In this document: positions 12,357 to 18,974 of the stretch, in pieces
Layout of the letters: each line of letters begins with the position of its first letter
How positions within the stretch are numbered: position 1 is the first letter of the stretch
Origin: a virus
Taxonomy: Duplodnaviria; Heunggongvirae; Uroviricota; Caudoviricetes
Length of the DNA stretch: 18,974 nt
Virus record (IMG/VR): IMGVR_UViG_3300036876_000145
Coordinates: 83,489-102,462 of that record
Reading direction: 5' to 3' (one strand)
The notes under the pieces: model-generated
Databases searched by the model: none
What the model saw: the letters and a program-made list of their open reading frames with translations, nothing else
What the model was told of the DNA's origin: nothing
Made by a program: the position numbers and the translations under genes

Positions 12357-15300
12357 ATGTCTTTTAATTATCCACAAGCTCAAAACGCATTATCACTACA
12401 AGGAAATACTGTAGCTTCTACCACCCCAACTGCGGGGCAAGTACTGGTTTGGAATGGAAGCCAGTGGCAACCCGGAGCAGGAGCATCGGGGGCTAATTAT
12501 AATGTTGTTTATTCCAGTGATTACAACTGGAGTTTGAATTATCAAGCAGGGTGGGGGGCTCTTACGGCTGGTGTGCCAGCTACTTTAACTTTAGCAACCT
12601 GCCCTGTAGGAGTTGACACAAGCGCATCTACTATTTTAGGTGGCCCACAAGGGGCCTATTCGATTTATATCTCCGGATCAGACGGAATAGCGGAGGTTGT
12701 TAAAATTACAGGAGGTACTTGTACTCCTGGTATGACAAATGGGACAATACAATTTATTCCAGCTAATAATCATACTGTATCTGGCGGTAGTCCTCCAACT
12801 GGTTATACTTTAAGTTCAGCAACCGCTGGAATCCAAGAAGCAATCAATACAGCTTGCGGTACAAGTCAAACTTACTACGATAACTCTAACTGTAAAGTGG
12901 TTATTCCTCCATCAGGGGAATTGAGTGGAATGAATGGATACAATATTTATGACACAATCTACTTCCATTCAAATCAAAGTATCCTCAGTGGGTATGGAGC
13001 AACATTAAATCATTATGGAAGAGGCCCATGCCTACAGTTAGGAAATCTACTCAGTTCGAACGATTATGTGAGCAATAGAATAGAAGGTATGATGTTTCGG
13101 GCTCCTGTTTACCAGACAGCAACTGGAACTCTTAACACAAATGGCACAGCTGTGGTAACAGCTGCCGGAATCAGTAAATTCGGCACAAACTGGGCGTCTG
13201 GGTCTAACATATTAATTAATGGAACTGCCTACACGATCGCATTTGTCAACAGCAACACTCAAATAACATTGACAACCACAATTTTAACAGCATCAGGTTT
13301 ATCTTATGCTTATCAAGCGTACTCTGGGTCTTTAATTACAAGCACTCAAAGAACGAACGGGGTTACTACAATTACCACCAGCGAACCCCACGGGTTTGTA
13401 ACTGGGGATCGCGTAACTCAAATGCTGACCGATAATTCAGCTTTTTGGGGGGATGTTCCTTACATAACAGTTACTAGTCCAACTACCTATACATATGGAC
13501 GCTGGCTAAATGGGAATTCCGCAAGTAATATTACTGCAACTTCTATCACATCGAATGTCCTTACGATAATGGCGAATAATAGCTTTACTGTAGGGGAAAA
13601 TGTTCTTTTAGCGGGGACATCTGAAAGTTATCTTAACAATAAAGTAGTGACAGTCGCAAGTTTATTGGGGGCTAGCGGTTCTCCCCCAACATATACAGGA
13701 TTTACAGCGAACTTCACCGCAACTAACTATTCTAACCCATCAGAGCCGTCTACCGCTGAAGCTTACCCACCAGTAGGTAATATCGCTCTTCAAACCACAC
13801 CGGGGGTGGTTGCTCTTACTTATGTAGCGATATTAGATAACGCTGGAGGCAGTCAATTAGTGGATATTAGTTCTGCAAATGCTTATCAAGAATATTATTT
13901 CAATCATTTTTTTGACCTTTGGGATGACGAGTGCTGTACAATAAAGTCTTTCAATAATAACGCTGGATCCTTACAAAATAATGTAAACTGGACAGGATCT
14001 TTTATATGGTCTGGGGGAGCCTCCGGTTTACCTTTAGCTGCCAATCAACTAGCCCCTGTCATTACCCTTAAAGATTCTAATATTACGGCCAATTGCTCGA
14101 ATGGTGTTACAGTCTATAACTCCAACGGAGTTTATATTCATGATACAGTTCTGCAAGCAACCGGACCTTGGCAGGTGTATACGTCTAATGCCACAGGTAA
14201 CTATCAAGGGGCCCACTTGGAAAATTTGTATTCTGAATCTTCCGCTAGCTCCAATCCAGCCTCCCCTGTTCGTAGCCCCTATGCAGGCTGTGGTATTGCA
14301 GGAGCAATTTTTGGGCCAAGCACGGGAGCGGCTTCTTTTAGAATTAAAGGAACGGGGGTTGAAGGGCAACTTCCAACTGTAGGTGCAGGTGCAACATCCT
14401 ATCTCTATTATGTAGTAATTAATGATACAACAACGGGCACATCATCTGCCCCTCTGCCTGTAATGATTGCGAATTCCAACGGAGGGGCAGTTACAGTTTC
14501 TTGGCCACGAGTATCAAATGGAACAGATTCTATTACATATGATGTATTGCGTGTTTCTCCGAATACATTAGGAAGTATATCAAATATCGGTCCTTACACT
14601 GGAGGTTGTCCTGGTGGGGTTACACAATCACCCCCTAGTGTTAGCACAATGGGAAGTGTAGTGACTGGGCAAGCTCAACAATCTGGCTTTATTCAGACTT
14701 TTGTGGATAATACTACAGTTCCCACATCAAATTATCCTACAGTGCCGATCGGGAGTTATCAAGGTAATATTTTGTTCTGGCCTGGACAAGCGATTACTGT
14801 AGGAATAACCCCTATTATCAGCGACAATATTGTTAATGTTTATAGTACAGGGGCGTGTGGAAGTCCGACAAATATTTGTTTATATCCAGGACACGGAAGT
14901 GGTGCGGCACCAGCTATATCGGCATCTACCGCTACTAGTTTCGCTTTAAACGATTTATATGAACAACAAGCTCTTATTTTAAATGATGGCTGGTATCAAG
15001 GACCACAAACAGCAAATCTTAAAGGACGTTTGCAATTTGCCTCATCTGGGTTAGCTTTCCCGGGAGAGGTTAATAACGGACATATTATTACTTTAGTGGA
15101 TTCTGATCCTCAATTGACCAGGGCTTACGCATTAAATCGTCCACCCAATTCATCTTCTGATTGTTTCATTGGAATTGACGGTATTGGTCCATATTACGCT
15201 AATGTAGCTCCAATTGCTATAGGCTCTCCAGTTTCTATTAGTCATTATATAGCAAACATTGGTGACGGTACGAATTGGAAAGAACGATTAACATCATCAG

Positions 15301-16226
15301 TTAAACAGTTCAAAGTTCCTGTACAACTAGAGTCAGTAACATTTGCTACTTTACCATCATCCCCAGCGAATGGCATGGAAGTATATTGTTCTGATTGTAC
15401 TTTTGGATCAAACCCCTGTACAGGTAGTGGCACAGGATCTTTTGCATATCGAGTTAATGGCGCGTGGGTTTGTAGCGATTCGAGTGGGTCCGGTGGAGTA
15501 AACGCCACTAATTCACCATCACAATATGCTGTAACTACTTGGGTAAACAGCACTACTATTGAAGGCATTGCGCCATCTTCTACAAGTGGGTATCCTTTAT
15601 TATCTAATGGTTCATCTGCGTATGCTTCTTTTGGGCAACTCTCAGTCGGAGCAATTAGTGCCACGGGCACACCGTCTTCCACCACTTATTTGAGGGGAGA
15701 TGGTAGCTGGGCTACTGTATCTGGTAGTGGGACAGTTACTTCTGTAGCGATGACCGTACCAGCCTGGTTATCCGTGAGCGGGTCTCCTATAACCGGCACT
15801 GGTACGCTTGCCATCACTTCAGCGGGGAGTTTGACCCAAAACTGGGTCTTAGCTACTCCTAATGGCAGCAGCGGTGTATTAGCTCCTCGTGCCTTGGTAG
15901 CGGCGGACATTCCAACTTTAGGAGTAAGTACCGTTAGTTTTTCAGCAACGCCAATTTTCAACGCTACTGGTTATAGCGGATTCAAAATAACTCTGACCGG
16001 TAATGTTACCAGCTCCACATTCACAAATGGGACGGCAGGAAGTCTTTACACTTTTGAGATCACGCAGGACGGAACAGGTGGTCGGACATTTGTCTGGCCC
16101 GCTAATTTTAAAGGCGGCGCAAGTGTGACAGATCAGGCCGCAGGATCCAACGAGACAATAGCACAGTTATTTTATTTTGACGGCAGCAATGCACTTGCTG
16201 TTGGTCCAGGAATGGTGACCCCATAA
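12357..16226 (+). CDS. tail fibre protein 2 (1289 aa)
   Basis: ATG has an AAGGAAA RBS, 9 nt after the previous stop. The composition is highly G/S/T/N/A-rich. Its C-terminal region repeats the module found in fibre 1 ([13 protein letters not shown]...[25 protein letters not shown]). Confidence 0.85.
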   Translation: MSFNYPQAQNALSLQGNTVASTTPTAGQVLVWNGSQWQPGAGASGANYNVVYSSDYNWSLNYQAGWGALTAGVPATLTLATCPVGVDTSASTILGGPQGAYSIYISGSDGIAEVVKITGGTCTPGMTNGTIQFIPANNHTVSGGSPPTGYTLSSATAGIQEAINTACGTSQTYYDNSNCKVVIPPSGELSGMNGYNIYDTIYFHSNQSILSGYGATLNHYGRGPCLQLGNLLSSNDYVSNRIEGMMFRAPVYQTATGTLNTNGTAVVTAAGISKFGTNWASGSNILINGTAYTIAFVNSNTQITLTTTILTASGLSYAYQAYSGSLITSTQRTNGVTTITTSEPHGFVTGDRVTQMLTDNSAFWGDVPYITVTSPTTYTYGRWLNGNSASNITATSITSNVLTIMANNSFTVGENVLLAGTSESYLNNKVVTVASLLGASGSPPTYTGFTANFTATNYSNPSEPSTAEAYPPVGNIALQTTPGVVALTYVAILDNAGGSQLVDISSANAYQEYYFNHFFDLWDDECCTIKSFNNNAGSLQNNVNWTGSFIWSGGASGLPLAANQLAPVITLKDSNITANCSNGVTVYNSNGVYIHDTVLQATGPWQVYTSNATGNYQGAHLENLYSESSASSNPASPVRSPYAGCGIAGAIFGPSTGAASFRIKGTGVEGQLPTVGAGATSYLYYVVINDTTTGTSSAPLPVMIANSNGGAVTVSWPRVSNGTDSITYDVLRVSPNTLGSISNIGPYTGGCPGGVTQSPPSVSTMGSVVTGQAQQSGFIQTFVDNTTVPTSNYPTVPIGSYQGNILFWPGQAITVGITPIISDNIVNVYSTGACGSPTNICLYPGHGSGAAPAISASTATSFALNDLYEQQALILNDGWYQGPQTANLKGRLQFASSGLAFPGEVNNGHIITLVDSDPQLTRAYALNRPPNSSSDCFIGIDGIGPYYANVAPIAIGSPVSISHYIANIGDGTNWKERLTSSVKQFKVPVQLESVTFATLPSSPANGMEVYCSDCTFGSNPCTGSGTGSFAYRVNGAWVCSDSSGSGGVNATNSPSQYAVTTWVNSTTIEGIAPSSTSGYPLLSNGSSAYASFGQLSVGAISATGTPSSTTYLRGDGSWATVSGSGTVTSVAMTVPAWLSVSGSPITGTGTLAITSAGSLTQNWVLATPNGSSGVLAPRALVAADIPTLGVSTVSFSATPIFNATGYSGFKITLTGNVTSSTFTNGTAGSLYTFEITQDGTGGRTFVWPANFKGGASVTDQAAGSNETIAQLFYFDGSNALAVGPGMVTP

Positions 16227-18974
16227 TGTCAATTCGCATTTACTTTCTCGCTTTAATTATTGCACTAACATCTTTGGCTGGTGCGCAAAATATTACCGGT
16301 AACAGTTTGACACTCTCGCCTACTTTGACCGTAGGTACACTTCCATCAGCAGCAACCAATAAGGGGCGCACGTTTTCTATCAGTGACGGATTAAATTCTA
16401 CCGACTGTACTGTTGGCGGAGGAACTAACCATGTATGGTGCTGGTCAAATGGAACTATCTACGCAGTGCCGTTTGGGTCGGCAGCAGGGGGCGTCACTTC
16501 CATTAATACCGTAGCCGGGGCGTTTACATTCAGCGGACCTGGGGTAACTTGTACAAGCACGGCTTGCACATTTTCCGGTACAGGAGTATCTTCTGTTTCG
16601 AACAGCGATGGAACTCTGACGATATCTCCCAACACAGGAGCAGTCGCAGTTTCGCTTGCTTTAAGTCATGCTAACACATGGACAAATCAGACGATTGACG
16701 GGGTGACCCCAACCACTTTTGGCTTCGTCGATCCCACGTCTAGTATTCAGACGCAGTTGAATGCCAAGGCTAACTCCAGCGTGACTACTCTTTCTTCGTT
16801 GATTGCGGCTGCTGGGGGTACGTTTGGGACGTGTGCGTTTGTGAATACTTGTGGTTCGGGAGGAACGTATAGCGCGGTTACTTCTCCGATTACGGCATCT
16901 AGCAGCACGCTCCAGTTTTCCGCGTCTCTGCTGAACTACGGTGGCAACGGAAATGGGACTTCAGACAACTCCACGGCCATGACTTCAGCGTGCGCCGCGA
17001 ACTCAGAAGTCTGGTTGCCTGCTGGGGCGTATGCGTTCACATCGAACTATGCCGTGTCGTGCGGGCTTCACTTCGGCGCTGGGGCAACGCTTGTAGCCCC
17101 GACTGGAGTAACGGTTACAGTCAATGGCAAGATCGACGCTCCCACTGTGCCAATATTTACTGTAGCTGGAACCGGGAAGTTTCTTATCGGTCCAGGAACT
17201 CCTGTCGATTACGCGGAGTGGTTTGGAGCGAAGGGCGATAACTCAACCGACGATACAATTCCTATCACATCCTGCGCCAACAATTTTACCAAATCAGGGT
17301 TGTGCCAGCTTCTTGGGAAGTCCTATAAAACAACAAACGTCATCATTCTTAGCACCAGCTATACAGGGCTGATAGGAGTAGATTCGGGGCAGACACAAGG
17401 GCCACAGCCCACTGGTTCGGGATACTCCCAGATCAATAACAATAGCGCTACATCGGACATCATCGACATAAGCGGGAGTGGGATTTTGCCTTACGGTGTA
17501 ACGGTGAAAAACCTTACCTTGGCCAAATCCGTTGCAGCCACAAACGCAGGTGCGAATGGGCTATATCTGGGAACTGGGTTCTGGCATTTTGTTGATAACA
17601 TCAATATTTGGGACGCGCCCAATGGAGTGACTGTCGGTGCCTCTGCTACCGTGATAGTGACGAACGTCAACGTCAACTGGTCCTCTCTCTGTTGCTCAGT
17701 GCCCGTCGTAGGGTTCAACTTGAACGGACCTTCGAATGTCTTCTCTAATATCTTCGCAGAGAGGGAAGGTTCCAGTGCGAGTGCCACCGGTTTTGCAATG
17801 GCAGCGGGAGGTACCGGACTGAGCGACGTATGGGTGAATAACGCTCAGGCTGATTTCGTCGGGACAGGGTTCTTGATCGACGTAACTGCGTGTGTGGCCG
17901 CTGATCCTAGCAACGAATGTGCAACGGACATTCACATTACCAATCCTATTATCAATGTGAGCAATACAGGGTTTAGTTTTGTGAACTTGAACTCGGCCAC
18001 TGGTCCCCAAGGGCCGTCAGTCGATATCGTCGGGGGTTCGTTCCTGGAAAGCTCCGGTAACGCGTTTACCTTCACTAACTCCACCACAGGGTACAACATC
18101 GAGCACTTTAACAGTCAGGCAGGTGGTGTTAACACTTTCATCAATCGGACCATGCCGTCTGCGTTCTTCTCCATACCAGTATGTAGCGCGAGCTATGAAG
18201 GGTCGTATGAATCGTTTAATGATTCCGCGACGAATACACAAGGAGCAACGATCACGGGCAGCGGAACGAATCATGTGCTCGGGTACTGCAACGGAACGAA
18301 CTGGGTAGTAGCCTCGGGGAGCGGCAGTGGGAGCAGCGGACTATCTGGCATGACAGCTACACAGATCCCGATTGCTGCCTCATCCTCGACCGTAACTAGT
18401 TCCGTACCAGCACCCACAGGCACAATTGTAGGGACAACCGATACCCAAACTCTCACGAATAAGACATTGGACGGTGTATCCCCAACAACATTTGGATATG
18501 TTGACCCTACTTCCAGTATCCAGACGCAGTTGAACGCCAAGCAAGGGACGCTCACAGGCACCGGGTTGGCTCGCAACACCGGAGCATCCTCGGAACTGAG
18601 CGGCGACTGCGCCACCAGCGGATCAAACGCTATCGTCTGTACGAAGACGAACGGGACGGCTTTCGGCACTGGAGCTACGGCTACCATCGCCAACTACGCC
18701 CTGCTGACCGGAGCGACCTTCAGTGGTGCGATCTCCGCCGCCGGGATCACGAACTCATCCGTATCCAGCGCCGGTTGTGCGACGTTCAGTTCTGGTGGAG
18801 TTCTGACCAGCACAGGAACGGCTTGCGGTAGCGGATCTGGTGGCGATACGATCACATCACCCAACAGCACGCTTTCCGTGGGTGGAACTTCTGCGGCAAC
18901 AACGCTCGATCTCAACCTTGGCCACGCGAACACCTGGACGGCGACTCAGACTTTTCCGAATGGGTCGATCACGT
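16226..18974 (+). CDS. tailspike or depolymerase-like protein, 3' partial; it has a pectate-lyase-type beta-helix motif and an N-terminal hydrophobic segment
   Basis: The ATG overlaps the previous stop (ATAATG). The ORF is open to the window end. [17 protein letters not shown] matches the pectate_lyase_3/tailspike N-cap motif. The N-terminus [21 protein letters not shown] is signal-peptide-like. The module HANTWT..QT...[18 protein letters not shown] is repeated internally. GC content is higher than in fibres 1 and 2. Confidence 0.8.
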   Translation, partial: MSIRIYFLALIIALTSLAGAQNITGNSLTLSPTLTVGTLPSAATNKGRTFSISDGLNSTDCTVGGGTNHVWCWSNGTIYAVPFGSAAGGVTSINTVAGAFTFSGPGVTCTSTACTFSGTGVSSVSNSDGTLTISPNTGAVAVSLALSHANTWTNQTIDGVTPTTFGFVDPTSSIQTQLNAKANSSVTTLSSLIAAAGGTFGTCAFVNTCGSGGTYSAVTSPITASSSTLQFSASLLNYGGNGNGTSDNSTAMTSACAANSEVWLPAGAYAFTSNYAVSCGLHFGAGATLVAPTGVTVTVNGKIDAPTVPIFTVAGTGKFLIGPGTPVDYAEWFGAKGDNSTDDTIPITSCANNFTKSGLCQLLGKSYKTTNVIILSTSYTGLIGVDSGQTQGPQPTGSGYSQINNNSATSDIIDISGSGILPYGVTVKNLTLAKSVAATNAGANGLYLGTGFWHFVDNINIWDAPNGVTVGASATVIVTNVNVNWSSLCCSVPVVGFNLNGPSNVFSNIFAEREGSSASATGFAMAAGGTGLSDVWVNNAQADFVGTGFLIDVTACVAADPSNECATDIHITNPIINVSNTGFSFVNLNSATGPQGPSVDIVGGSFLESSGNAFTFTNSTTGYNIEHFNSQAGGVNTFINRTMPSAFFSIPVCSASYEGSYESFNDSATNTQGATITGSGTNHVLGYCNGTNWVVASGSGSGSSGLSGMTATQIPIAASSSTVTSSVPAPTGTIVGTTDTQTLTNKTLDGVSPTTFGYVDPTSSIQTQLNAKQGTLTGTGLARNTGASSELSGDCATSGSNAIVCTKTNGTAFGTGATATIANYALLTGATFSGAISAAGITNSSVSSAGCATFSSGGVLTSTGTACGSGSGGDTITSPNSTLSVGGTSAATTLDLNLGHANTWTATQTFPNGSIT

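Noticed and set aside
9722-18933. Numerous minus-strand ORFs (for example 9722-10078, 14049-14369, 15245-15961, 17491-18933) inside the fibre genes
   Set aside because: They lie entirely within long + strand genes that have clear fibre-like translations. They are the usual shadow ORFs of repetitive, GC-biased coding sequence.
1-18974. CRISPR arrays, integrase or attachment sites, toxin-antitoxin pairs
   Set aside because: No spaced direct-repeat array and no recognisable recombinase or Cas motifs were found on either strand.

Overview
This window reads as a virulent-phage or prophage-like accessory and structural region on the + strand. From 5' to 3' it contains the following.

- **1-900:** about 0.9 kb of mostly noncoding, structured DNA with one small putative membrane ORF.
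- **898-2124:** an orphan beta-class DNA methyltransferase with the DPPY motif IV ahead of the FAGSGST motif I.
- **2416-2629:** a tiny self-contained transcription unit: a sigma70-like promoter, a 35-aa ORF and an intrinsic terminator.
- **2640-6448:** a dense tRNA array of about 16 canonical tRNAs plus several aberrant tRNA-like elements. Interspersed in it are a GIY-YIG homing endonuclease, a DUF4031-like small protein, an HNH endonuclease and a 47-aa zinc-ribbon ORF.
- **6464-9762:** two hypothetical proteins, a calcineurin-like metallophosphoesterase, a palindrome-flanked remnant encoding a TnpB-like N-terminal peptide, and an HhH-GPD DNA glycosylase.
- **9771-18974:** three consecutive very large Gly/Ser/Thr/Ala-rich tail-fibre or tailspike proteins. 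The third runs off the window end and carries a pectate-lyase-like FGAKGDxxTDDT motif.

The most striking hand-read result is the tRNA repertoire. Every anticodon I could read decodes a GNN codon box (Ala x4, Gly x4, Val x2, Asp x2, Glu x2) or Cys x2, with full isoacceptor sets for Ala and Gly.

Caveats:

- All tRNA calls are manual cloverleaf parses without covariance models.
- Coordinates of non-CDS features may be off by about 1 nt. CDS coordinates follow the supplied ORF track, with starts re-evaluated by RBS.
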